A stretch of 57,219 nt of DNA, the filler included, from Porpidia crustulata (taxonomy: Eukaryota), in assembly GCA_964255105.1 (NCBI GenBank). It is 4 parts of 4 records of this genome, joined end to end, with 100 filler letters (N's around TTAATTAATTAA, not from the genome) between each part and the next. Parts side by side here need not be neighbours in the genome. Positions count along the whole stretch, not along the records: positions 1 to 14,253 come from CAXUWE010000386.1; 3 more parts are not named here. The stretch is one strand, 5' to 3'. Numbering within the stretch: the stretch's first letter is position 1; every line of letters begins with the position of its first letter. The position numbers and the translations under genes are program-made. This document shows, piece after piece, positions 1 through 11,061 of the stretch. The notes under the pieces are model-generated. The model made no database searches. It worked only from the letters and a program-made list of their open reading frames with translations, and was not told where the DNA came from.

Positions 1-52
1 CCCACACCCTTCGCATAGCAACCACCAAACTAACACCCCGGTTTTCTACCAG

Positions 53-289
53 CGCGCCGATCCAAATCTAATCCATTGGCAGCCGACGGGCCTGCAGGAG
101 GAAACGAGGGCTCTGGTGCAGGCGGGCCTGCCGGACGTCAGACCACCGAGTTACGTCTCCGAAGGCAGAGAGCGCAGTACGGAGGAGACAATCGAGGCGA
201 GAAGGACGGAGCAAAGGAACGCTGGTGTTGCTGCTGTTGTTGCGCATCCTGCGGCTGTTGGTGAGGGCGGAGAAGCGCACTTTTTCTAA
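53..289 (+). CDS. Last exon of a gene truncated by the window start; PY-motif-containing protein of unknown function
   Basis: CTAAC branch point (30-34) and CAG acceptor (50-52), then an open frame RADPNLIHWQ...VRPPSYVSE...AHFF* ending at TAA 287-289; not in the ORF track. Confidence 0.55.
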   Translation, partial: RADPNLIHWQPTGLQEETRALVQAGLPDVRPPSYVSEGRERSTEETIEARRTEQRNAGVAAVVAHPAAVGEGGEAHFF

Positions 290-1580
290 CGTGGAGATTA
301 CTTGGAGGTGGGAATTGGTTGGGCTTCACTAATTTCTCGGGGTTTTTCTTTAAGATAGCACATATATCTCCATAATTCTGCATTTTGAACAAGGGCAACC
401 TAAGAGCTCGGTCTAGAGCTGGCTCATTTTTTCAAAAAACCCATCATAATCATGGTTGCGTGTATGCGGCGTTGGTGTAATGGTGCAAGGGCTCATGGTA
501 CTATGTAACAGTGCCTAGCAAGCTGGAAATTCTCGCTGTTGGGAAAGAGGGAGTATGGCGCAGGTGGATAATGGGGCAGAGGGGGTGGAATGAGTGCTGT
601 GGAGTGGAAGTATGTTATGGCATGACTCTTACTAAAAGGAGACAAACTACAACGAAAGTTAGGCAGACTTATAATCATATATATAATTTCTTCGCCTCCA
701 GATTATATATCGTGTAAATCATAAAGGTCGTGTGACACGTTCAGCGCTCGATCAAATATCTCGCTTTGACTTTTCTGCAATATCCCAAATCGTCAGGTCG
801 TTACGTTGCTATCGTTAGATTGTCCGTCGGTCATTATGGGTGGCCTCGGGTTCTTTGAGGCGGTTTTCTGCTGCGATGTGAATGTACTTATTGGGTAGGC
901 TAGCTGTGAATGTTTGGCGGTGATGGATGGTAATGCGGTATTCTTATCGTGAGAATTGCTGAATCTTATGTTCCAAAGGCGCCGGATAGTAAGGCAAAGG
1001 GAAGTGGTGGCGCGAACCTGATTATTGAGCGGAATCAAGCATAGGAAAGCGGTAGGCCGTTCAATAGCAACTTTAAAGTAGGGCCCTCAGAACTGCCCTC
1101 AGGACTGCAAGTCCCAACGCGGGTAACAGTGCGATTGAAGTCTTTTGGGCAAACCACTTGTGGACGTCCGTTCCAGAATATCGGCTCCAGAAAGACATTC
1201 CGAAAACAGTCTCGACCAAATTTACCGGTCTCCATGCACAAGATTGTCAGCCACCGATAAACTTGTACCGTGAGATCGTTTGGGGCTTTGCTCTTGCGGT
1301 TGGGCTATGGTCTTCAGACTCTTCACGGTGGGCTCGATCAGCCGCCCCGAAAAGGAGGACTCCGAAGAAGGTAGAACTTGCTATCGTTCGCTATCGCTCT
1401 TAGATATATACCGATGTCACATCGCCCTCGTTCCAGTGGCAGTCCACTTCCGCGTATAAGACTTGTCGGTCGTTGGAGCAAGCACGACTGCAGATCCAAC
1501 GTCCAATGCATAGTACTTTCGCCCCTTGTTAAAGCCATCTCCTGACAGTTTTCGTGATTTCCTCCGGGAGCTGGAAATAA

Positions 1581-2989
1581 CTAGACATGCGGAACAAAGT
1601 TGGACCACTGGACAGAATAGAATGCACCAAGAGGCAGAGACCGCAGGCTGACGAAGACCTCAATCACAATATAGGAGCGGGCTAATGTGTATATCACGGT
1701 CATAGGAAACATCAAGACAACCTCCCACATCGGAACGAAGACTGCTTGTCTCCTGGTTTTCTCTTCAGTATTGACTCTGCCGCGTCTCTGCGCCTCACTT
1801 GGAAACATCTTGGCATACCATCTCTCCCAGCGGCCTAAGCGGTGTCCATCCTGGTAAGTCTCACATGCCAAGAAAATAAGAGTGGTGGCAACGATGGTGA
1901 TGCAGCTTGCACGCCAGAGGATTTTCTCAGTGTGTGTTGGAAAGCTAAAATTCCATCCGACAAAATGAAGAGCGGCATAAACCATTGCTATGGAGAACAG
2001 GACATGGGCATCGAAGCCGGCCCCGATGACGGGAAGGCGATCGTTAGTGAATCGTGGTAGCGGCCGCTGACGTGGACCTCTACGGAATTTCAGATGAGGT
2101 TGTACTTCGGTGAGCCATGATGGTGACTGATTGTCAATGAAGTCGAGAGGGGTCCAGCTATATGGCTCCCTTGCGATGGATCCAGCTTCAATCAATATGT
2201 CTGCCGTACTCGCTCCAATGTTGATGATGGTTGGGCTTTCCACGTCGAGCGGTTTGTTGGCCCACTGAAAGTACATGGACAAAGTGCATGCTACAAAGCT
2301 CAAGGTCGTCAGTTCCAAGGTGGTGATGGGTAAGTGTTGAATGGCACGACCAATAACCTGGATGACGAACCAGGCGGTCTGGAAGCAGGTCAACAGTTTT
2401 GCAAATCCGTCTGCTTTACTCTTGTCCCAGATTTCTTTCTCGGTCATCGCGGGGACATCTGTATAACCTTTGGTGATTAGATATTGGAGTTGCTTGGAAT
2501 TGATGGGGAATGGCTTGTCACCGCCCGCAGGCTGCAGGACAAAGCCACCCATGTTTGCATAGAAAGCGTGGCGGATAGTCCATTTAGTGTAACCCATATC
2601 CTTGAAGGCCTGAACGGAGCGTTTCGCCTCGACACGTTGCCCAGTGGCAAAAGCAAGAACAAATTCAGGTGCCATGATGGTTTGTATCATCCATCTGCAC
2701 TTGCGAGAGAATGCGAGCCAGTACGATTCATTCATTGATGGGACGTTTAGGTGAAGAGAAGTCCAGGTGCAGAGAAAGATAGTGAAGAGGGTGCTCGACC
2801 AAAATCAGCAAAGATTACTCATTCAGGCTGAGGAAATCATTGTTACCTCCACAATATGTCAATAGTACCTCTTCCATCGGGTGTGCTAACCCAGCCAGCT
2901 CGACTCGGGGGCTGTGATGATGTATCATTGTTGCTGGTAGCATCCAGCCCGTGTACAAGCAAGGCCCATAGTATCAAATAACATGCCAT
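1581..2989 (-). CDS. Multi-pass fungal integral membrane protein of unknown function (2 exons)
   Basis: Exon 1 (2989-2847) MACYLILWALLVHG...GWVSTPDGRGTIDILWS, intron 2846-2794, then TLFTIFLCTWTSLHLNVP joined to ORF 1581..2735. Motifs HAFYANMGGF, IWDKSKAD, LPITTLE, KPLDV, WNFSFPT and SLRSLP typify a widespread fungal hypothetical membrane family. Confidence 0.8.
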
Positions 2990-3649
2990 GTCCAACGCAA
3001 ATCATAATCTTCCAGGTATCCAATGCGCTAAGAGGAATTGCAGGAGTGTCAGTGAGGCCTTCGATTAGGCAGGGCCCGAGCTTTTACGATGCGACAAATG
3101 AAGATTAAGCACGGTACAATCCATTGGGAAAGAGACTCATGCTCCTCGTTACCATTGAACTTTTTCGATAAAGACAGCTCTGACCTAGAACCATAGAGCT
3201 GAAGTAGAATCGATGGCGGAGGATGTCATCGCCCTGCGACACCACCATAGGTAAGGTATATACGCACGCACTAGACTAGTAGCCAAATGCCTAGAAGGAT
3301 ACTTGTTGGCGGGCGGTGAAGCTGCAGAGCTAGAGATAAAGTAGACCGGAGACGGAGAGTGCCTCGGCCGTGGCGGTGGCCTGTCTCGCTTGTCGTATGC
3401 GCGCTCGCGTTGTCGTGTGGCTGAGGACATTTTATGATTCCCATTACTTGTTTGTGGGGATTCGTGTTGACTGAGCTATTCACGTCGCAGCGCCTCGTCA
3501 ATGAAAAGAAGAATCCCAAATGAATAGATCTTTGCCCTTGCCTTCACAATGAGAGGCAGACTTATAGCAAGCTCCTCAGATCCGCAACAGCCAGCAACAA
3601 GCTCTGACTTTACTGCACTTCCACCTTCGAAGTCTACTTCTTTCAAGCC

Positions 3650-5036
3650 ATGAGTACCGCCAGCCTTATCGACGCAGAAAGAAATTTCCTGGAATATAGC
3701 TCTCCCCCATATTCAGACAATGACGGAAGACAAGATGTTCTTATATACATGATAGGCGGCAATCCTGGCCTGATCGGTTACTACCAACCCTTCTTATCTT
3801 CTTTACATAACTTGCTCCAATCATCCCCTATCTCACAGCGAGCCAGATTTTCTGTCTGTGGTTATTCTCTTGCTGGGTTTGAGGATGGACACGTTTCAGG
3901 TTCCCCAGTCGGGCTCTTAGAGACAATCACCGATACAGAGAACCAGCTCTATGGCCATGTTGAATCGCACCAAAGGTCGCATACCGGTAGCGGAAAACCG
4001 CTGAAAGTGATTCTGATGGGTCACTCTGTGGGGGCTTACATACTACTTGAGCTCATTCAACACCACAAACAAAAGGTAGACAGCGGGAACGAAGATTTTG
4101 ATTTAATCGGAGGCATCTTACTCTTCCCCACAATAACGCATATTGCTAAATCCCCATCTGGAATGGTAGCCAGCGTGAGTAATTCGTTCTATACCTATAC
4201 ACTACGGCATGTAAGATCTTACATATCATCTTTGGCAGACACTCCTAAAGATCCCATATGCAGCCCTTGTAGGTGGCGCTATTGTACGATCTTTATTCTT
4301 CCTAGTTCCCACAGCGATTCTTTACAACATCATCAAATTAGTCATGCGCTTTCCAGACCATGCAGCGAGGACAACCACAAATCTGATAAAGAGCCAGACG
4401 GGCATCAGACAAGTGTTGTATGAAATTGCGCCCATCTCCGATATCTTCACCTCCCAGCTGAGATATTTAGCTGACGCAACCTTACAGACACTTAGCAAAA
4501 GATGAGATGGACATCATCAATGACGATAAGTGGGATACCGAGGTCTGGGGAACTGCCCACAGCGACATCACAGACGAAATGGACACCGCTCGGTGGAACC
4601 TCATATTCTACTGGGGCAAGAATGTAAGTACTTCAAACTGCCAGGCCTTCCCACCGTTTCTATCACTATCTCGAACTTAACTCCGCGGCAGGATTCGCTT
4701 GTCTCCAATCGCACGCGAGACGGTCTCATAGCCAATAAAGGCAAACGACTAACGTTAGAACAGGACAGATGGGTAGCTGATCACACACGAGACCACTTCA
4801 TCAGGGACCGTAGTAGTCGAACATCGAAGGAAAGTGAGGACTCAAAGCCCTCGATGTTAATGGACGCCAAGGGCATACCGCATGCATTCTGCATAAGTGC
4901 GACCCCGTCTACCGCCATTTTATCAGAATGAGCTGACGATAGACCTACAACAGAGCACAGCGAGGTCGTTGCTGCAATGGCCAGTGACTGGGTTGGGCAA
5001 ATCATTGGGAAGCATGAGAGGGCCAGCAGGTCGTAA
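3650..5036 (+). CDS. Lipid droplet-associated alpha/beta serine hydrolase (LDAH/YPR147C-like), multi-exon
   Basis: GNPGLIGYY, nucleophile elbow GHSVG, LLFPT, FYWGKN-D.WV and HAFCI motifs. GT-AG introns begin at 4175, ~4418, 4624 and 4897. Stop TAA 5034-5036. Confidence 0.85.
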
Positions 5037-5570
5037 CACTATCTCACGAAATGTGCCAAACCTACGGCCGAGTGTTGATCTCCTGGTCGAAGAAAGTAGC
5101 ACTTAGCCCGCGAGTCGGGTCCGATCTCGGTTTCGGTTACCTTTGACGTCTCTTCTTATATGCTGAAAGAAGAATGTACATAAAACCACTGTAGACACTC
5201 CTACGAGTTTTGCTCGCTGAGTCGGTGGTTACAGTGAGCTATCACTTTCGCGACCGGAACCATCGAGATCACTCTCAAAGGGCTCGCAGTGGAGGACGTT
5301 TTCATTATCAAGGCCTTAGACAATTACGCCCTTCACCATCATCGAGAAATTCAAATCAAGGCAAATTCTTGTGCATCACTTCGAGCCAATGATCCTCCTC
5401 GAAGCCTTCACGCTTCTATTACGTAGTACAAGCAGGTTTTCTAAAAGGCTATCGAATGGTCTAGAAGTCGCAAAACATTCGAAACTCACAAGTCAAGGGC
5501 GCAAGAAGACCCACAAATGATGCCAATTCTCCGCGGCTCGCGTCTCCCTTCTGTTAGCGATCTATTATGT

Positions 5571-6347
5571 GCCAAGTCACGGGCTGTACCTGTCGTTAGG
5601 AGAAGGTTGGCATTTTGCCAAGCTAACCAGCCGGATTAGTCCGACGCTTGCCGCTTACCTAAACAGAACGTGGGCGGACCCAAATTTCCGCCTCGTTCCC
5701 TGTGGCCCGTGGGCTTCCCAGACGCTAGAGTAACCAACTTTAGCTGCTCATAGGGCGTGAAGAATTTTCCCTCCCACGATCAACTTCAACTAGCTGCCAT
5801 GCTGCACATACCTTACGCTTTCTGGAAACCAGGCAGACAGGCTGATTACGTGATGGATGATACACCACGTGTGTCAGATTCGCAATCGCCCTTGAGCAAT
5901 CCATCATTTCTTCAGGGCTGTCAACGAACTGGTCTATGACTCAGGCAAATAGTTGCATCTCGATGATGAGACACATTTGTGGTTGATAATCAGCTTAGCG
6001 GTGTGCGGGATACCTATTTAGATACCTAATTCTTTACCTACCCGCCTACCTAAGCCTACCTGAAGAGGATGGGGGACGCATTGCGCCAAGTGGGGTCAGG
6101 CCTTGTGTAGTATGAATCGATGACTGCACCGCCAATCCGGCGACAATCGAGACAAATCATCGTTATTGAGTTTGATGGCTTGCTATTTGCTACAGAGCCT
6201 GAAGCCTCTAAGGTTAACAGTAAGTAAAACTAACATACTACGATGTGATCGAAGGGCGTAAGTACCTTGCTGCCTGTTACCCCAGACCCCTCGCATCTCC
6301 ACCCAAACATCAACAACAAATCCTTGCAAGCCGTGTGACTCAGGCAA
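5571..6347 (+). promoter_or_regulatory. Candidate upstream regulatory region of the arrestin gene: three GCCAAG (PacC/Rim101 consensus GCCARG) and two identical TGACTCAGGCAA (Gcn4/CpcA/AP-1 core TGACTCA)
   Basis: GCCAAG at 5571, 5617 and 6085; TGACTCAGGCAA at 5937-5948 and 6336-6347. Function is inferred from consensus only. Confidence 0.35.
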
Positions 6348-6684
6348 TCTGGGCTCGCACCGTTCAAGTATGCATACTCTTTAATAATCATTGTTTCGTT
6401 ACCAATGTATAAGACTGTAGGTCAAGCCTTCGAGTCCTTTCTTTCTCTGCGTTATATCTATCAGCTATCTACAGATCGTATAGTGCACCGCCTCCTCCAT
6501 AGCCCTCCGCATAGATTGACACTACAGAACTCAATCCGTGTTCCAAAGCTGCTTCGTCTGCCCGGGTCGACATTGTCTTTGATCCCTAGCCCTCTCTATT
6601 CGTAATTTCCACTACTACGAGTCAGTTCCTCTAAGACTAGCGGACATTTCTATTCGCAATCCAGACCTTTCGAGTCTTCGAAGT

Positions 6685-8388
6685 ATGGGAACCACATTTA
6701 GGAACCTGGGCTCCAAGAGCAAGCCGGTCATAAGTATTGCGCTCCATGACGGCCAGCAACATGCTTTGGTTCCATCTTACACGTCCCTGGACGAGGTCAG
6801 AGGCGTAGTTTCCATTACAGCCCCATGTGATACAAGGTTCGACGAAATCTATATCACCTTCGAAGGCGCTACCAGGACCTACGTTGAAAAGGTCGCTTCA
6901 GCCGCGCCAACGAGTGGTAGAACAGAGGCATTTCAGAATTTCTTACGGCTAGTGCAACCCATGGATGATTCGACATTTCCAGAATCTCGGATTGCCAGGG
7001 CAGGGGAGACTTATACTTTCCCCTTCACATTTGTGGTTCCGGAACGCTTGCTCCCTCAGACATGTAACCACCCAGTCGACAACGTGTCGATACGAGATAC
7101 TCACCTCAATCCGCCACCAAGCCTTGGGGATCCAATGCTCGCAGTGGTGGGCAAGACTCTTATGGACGATATGGCGCCGGATATGGGTGTTGTTGCTTAT
7201 ACGGTCAAGTGTAAAGTTACCAATGGCCGAGGCAGCTCTGGAAGACATGTCATAGTTGCTGAACATTCGAAGAAGCTCCGAATCATTCCAGCGGTTGAAG
7301 AAAACCCACCTTTGAATGTACTTGGTGGCCTGAAAGATGATTACAATCTAAGAAAAGAGAAGAACATCAAAAAGGGAGTCTTCAAAGGCAAGCTAGGCCG
7401 CTTGACAATTGAATCTGCACAGCCCAAAAGTCTGCGTTTACCGTCAATCAACTCAAAGAACACTTGCCCAGTTACCACAATGGCAACCGTTCGTGTAAGA
7501 TTCGACCCTGCTGAGGAGAAAGTCCAACCTCCTCGCATGACTTCAATTAGTAGCAAGTTGAAGGCGGCCACGTTCTTTGGAAGTGTACCTATGCGTGACA
7601 TACCCAACAAATCGAACGACTTCCACTACAGCAGCACCAAAGGTATATTTGTCGAAACCATCAACCTCTCATCCCGCTGTATTGCTTCGGCTCAATGGGA
7701 ACACCACACTCAGGATGGCCCCGTGCGTCGAGATTCAGCTTTTTCTACTTTGTTTAACATCGACATCATCGAACCTACCACTTCTTATACCGGCAAATCC
7801 TTCTACACCTCCAAAATTCTTGTTCCCATAACTCTCCCCGTGGGCACTAAAGTTTTCGTGCCAAGCTTTCACTCGTGCCTCGTCTCTCGCGTGTACGCCT
7901 TAGATCTCTACCTCACCGTCAATACGCCTAGTGCGACAGCCACCGCCACAACTCTCCACCTCAAACTTCCGATCCAGATCTCTTCGGAAGGAAACGCAGC
8001 CAGAAGACCTTCCATCGTCGAACAGGAAGCTCAAGCTACTGCAGCTGCCAGTGAGGCCGCCTATTTCTTCAACCCACGGAGTCTAGCGCCTCCAAGCCCC
8101 GAATACACCGAGCGCGCGCAACTAGCGATGGCCCCAGGCTCAAGCCCTGGGCACACGGAACGTATGCAATCAGTCAGCATTCTACCCCCAAGTCCTGAGT
8201 ACACAGAGCGGCCACAACCAGTGAGCTTTGCACCGTCGATCGGCGAGTATGCGGAGCTCACGAGACCGCTACCGACGCAGAGGCATGAAAATGTTCCTCC
8301 GCCAGACTATTCATTTTCCTCCGGGGGGCAGCACCGCATTAGGATGGAAATAATGAGTCCGATGGGGATGACATCTGTTGGCGGATAG
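6685..8388 (+). CDS. Alpha-arrestin/Bul1-like ubiquitin-ligase adaptor with C-terminal PY motifs
   Basis: Intronless 567 aa ORF with YTFPFTFVVP, PPSLGD, DDMAPDM, PSFHSCLVSRVYAL, and C-terminal PPSPEY x2 and PPPDY. Confidence 0.85.
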   Translation: MGTTFRNLGSKSKPVISIALHDGQQHALVPSYTSLDEVRGVVSITAPCDTRFDEIYITFEGATRTYVEKVASAAPTSGRTEAFQNFLRLVQPMDDSTFPESRIARAGETYTFPFTFVVPERLLPQTCNHPVDNVSIRDTHLNPPPSLGDPMLAVVGKTLMDDMAPDMGVVAYTVKCKVTNGRGSSGRHVIVAEHSKKLRIIPAVEENPPLNVLGGLKDDYNLRKEKNIKKGVFKGKLGRLTIESAQPKSLRLPSINSKNTCPVTTMATVRVRFDPAEEKVQPPRMTSISSKLKAATFFGSVPMRDIPNKSNDFHYSSTKGIFVETINLSSRCIASAQWEHHTQDGPVRRDSAFSTLFNIDIIEPTTSYTGKSFYTSKILVPITLPVGTKVFVPSFHSCLVSRVYALDLYLTVNTPSATATATTLHLKLPIQISSEGNAARRPSIVEQEAQATAAASEAAYFFNPRSLAPPSPEYTERAQLAMAPGSSPGHTERMQSVSILPPSPEYTERPQPVSFAPSIGEYAELTRPLPTQRHENVPPPDYSFSSGGQHRIRMEIMSPMGMTSVGG

Positions 8389-9435
8389 CGAGGTGCGAAT
8401 CTTTCTCGAAGATGAGGCCTTGGTCTTTGTCTTCCCTGTACGTGATTTGTTGATTGAGCATTTGAGGCATTTGTGGACGCGAGAAATGTTATTGGATTTC
8501 TTTCTCTTCATGATCTATGATTCATTTTCCAAGAATGGGCGTGCTGGGATCGCTCCAAAGCTATCAACATTATTTGAACTATCGATTGAAAGAGATACCC
8601 AGCGGGCAATGGTTTGGTTGCAATGGATTAATTGGGGACATAAGCAGTTTGGATAATATATCATCGTGGCGTTTGGGGACTCTTTCGTCCACCCCGCAAT
8701 GGCTTCTTGTCAAAAGGGTCTCTATACGATACCACCCACATTGATCAGCTTTCGAAAATACTCGTCCGCCATCGACCTCTTTCCCATCTCCGGTCCTCTC
8801 CAGCCATCATCTCGATTCTCCTGACAGCTCCCCGTCCCTCCAACTTGGCCTCTATGATTCCACACGTAGCCTATCCGTGCCCAAATCCACTATTGTTCGA
8901 ACTCGAAAACGCTCCGATCCTGATTGAGGCTTACAATTATGTATGCATACGAAAAGGAAGTGCAGCCTAGCACCTACATATTATTGCCTTGATCAGCCTT
9001 ACAATAAGCTGTAAAATTTCTAATTGGGAAATCTGCCTTACTTATTCTTATGCGAGGAACGGGTTGCCTTTCATCGTTAGCCTGTACGTAATCATCCTGG
9101 TAATCTTTCCGCAGTCCCACTTGTCAATTAAGCGAGACTCAATTGATCTCACGATAAGCCGATAGCAACCCGCGATATCGGCTTCGGTTATCGACGGCTT
9201 GAGCGTCACGTTTGGATTTGTGTATGCGTCGACTACCTTTTTGGTAGTGACGATCGATTCAATTGTTATTCCCGAATGTGAACAATTATTAGATCGCCTA
9301 CCTTTCCCACCTATGATTTCACGTGATCTTTGTTGTAGCGTTCATACATTATCCTACCAATCCGTGAATAACTCTTTCTCAAATACCTCACTTTTCAAGG
9401 CGAAAACGAGGAGAAATCCCGTAAAAGAAAGAGCC

Positions 9436-10937
9436 ATGCCACCTCTGGCTCGTCCAGACCGGGTCATGAGTACTCAGAAGCCTCCCTTTCGCACCCCACT
9501 CCGTATCCAATATCTTCTTCTTCACCAAAGTCACTCAACCCACACGTCGACCGCCACCACGGCCACGGCCGCATCGCCTGGTCGACCCAAGACCCCAACA
9601 TCATCAAACCTCAATGCCCCCACGAAACGTCCTCTCTCCCTCCTCCCCACTCCTCTCCTCTTTCGTTCTTACCTCCTCGCTCTCGTTTCCTCTAAGCCGC
9701 TCTTCCTAATCCCCTCCATGCGTCTACTATCCTTATTCGCCCACTCTCGATCCCCATTCCTTTCTCCAGAGCGAAACAGAGTGCTGCACTGGTTCTTGAA
9801 GAAGACATTCTATCAGCATTTCTGCGCTGGAGAGACGCCCCAGGAGGTACAGAAGACAGTAAAAGGGTTAAGGGCGATAGGATACTCTGGTGTCATTCTC
9901 ACCTACGGGAGAGAGAACCTGGAGGAAGGAGATCGGTTGGGAGAAAATGCAGAGATTGAGGCGTGGAAGACAGGGACCGTAGGAACGGTAAAGTTGGCGG
10001 AAGTGGGGGATATGGTAGCGTTGAGGTGATTCGAGACCAACAATTGCAGGGATAGGTTGCAGATGAAGATGCTGATACATGGCTCAGCTTCACCGGCGCG
10101 GGACGTCAAGCTGTGCACCAGCTCACCAATCATTTGCCGCCTACTAATGTCACCAACAACGCCATGGACGACATCTGCAAGCTTGCCGCGGCCAGAGGCG
10201 TAAGTCTGCTTCTCAACGCCGAGCAACATTCTGTTCAAGGCGGGATCGACGAGTGGACTCTCGACGTCCAACGAAAGTATAATAGTACAACTTTGGGTAA
10301 GGCAGTCGTGTATGGTACGTATCAAGCCTATCTTCGCTCTTCCCCGGAAGTCCTTTCACGACATCTTGCCGTTGCTGAACGTGAGGGATTCACGCTTGGT
10401 GTAAAGCTTGTAAGAGGAGCCTATCTTGGTAGCGATCCCCCACATTTGTTCTGGAATACCAAGGAGGAGACGGATAGAACATTTGACGAGATGGCGAATG
10501 CGGTGATAAGAAGACAGTACAACGCCACGTTGAGGCCAGTGCATTATGTTGAGGGCAAAACCCCGAATTTTCCCATGGTAAATCTGGTATTGGCATCCCA
10601 TAACCATGTTAGTGTCAAAAAGGCCATGAGCATAAGACAGGAGCAGACGGATCGTGACGAGGAGAAGATTGAAATGTCGTATGCCCAGCTAATGGGCATG
10701 GCGGAAGAGGTTAGCTGCGATCTTGTGTTGACCGCGAAGCAGAATAGGGGCCAACAAGCCGGTAACCGAGCACTTGAAGAACCTCGAGCCTACAAATATT
10801 TTGTCTGGGGAACCGTGAGGGAGTGCTTAAAGTACCTTGTAAGAAGAGCCGAAGAAAACACACACGCCCTAGGGCGAGCCAGGGAGGGCAGTGAAGCTCT
10901 AAGGTTGGAGCTCGTCAACCGATTGTTTAGACGGTAG
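9436..10937 (+). CDS. PUT1: Mitochondrial proline dehydrogenase (proline oxidase)
   Basis: TFYQHFCAGE, GTYQAYL, GVKLVRGAY, ASHN, AQLMGM and YLVRRAEEN motifs; one intron 10026-10087; Arg/Ser-rich N-terminus. Two active-site-region residues are atypical (see findings). Confidence 0.85.
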
Positions 10938-11061
10938 ACCGTAAGAAATTCAGCTTCAACGACATCCACTTACCACGCACAAAACTTCCTCGTTATTCCA
11001 CATAGTAAGCTCGTCATTTTCAAGCTAGTCATAACGCGTTGGTCGTTCACAACAGCTGTCG

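Noticed and set aside
76..264. ORF ending in WCCCCCCASCGCW (metallothionein-like)
   Set aside because: Alternative frame of a GCT/GTT-rich stretch; the frame with splice signals and a PPSY motif (53-289) is more plausible
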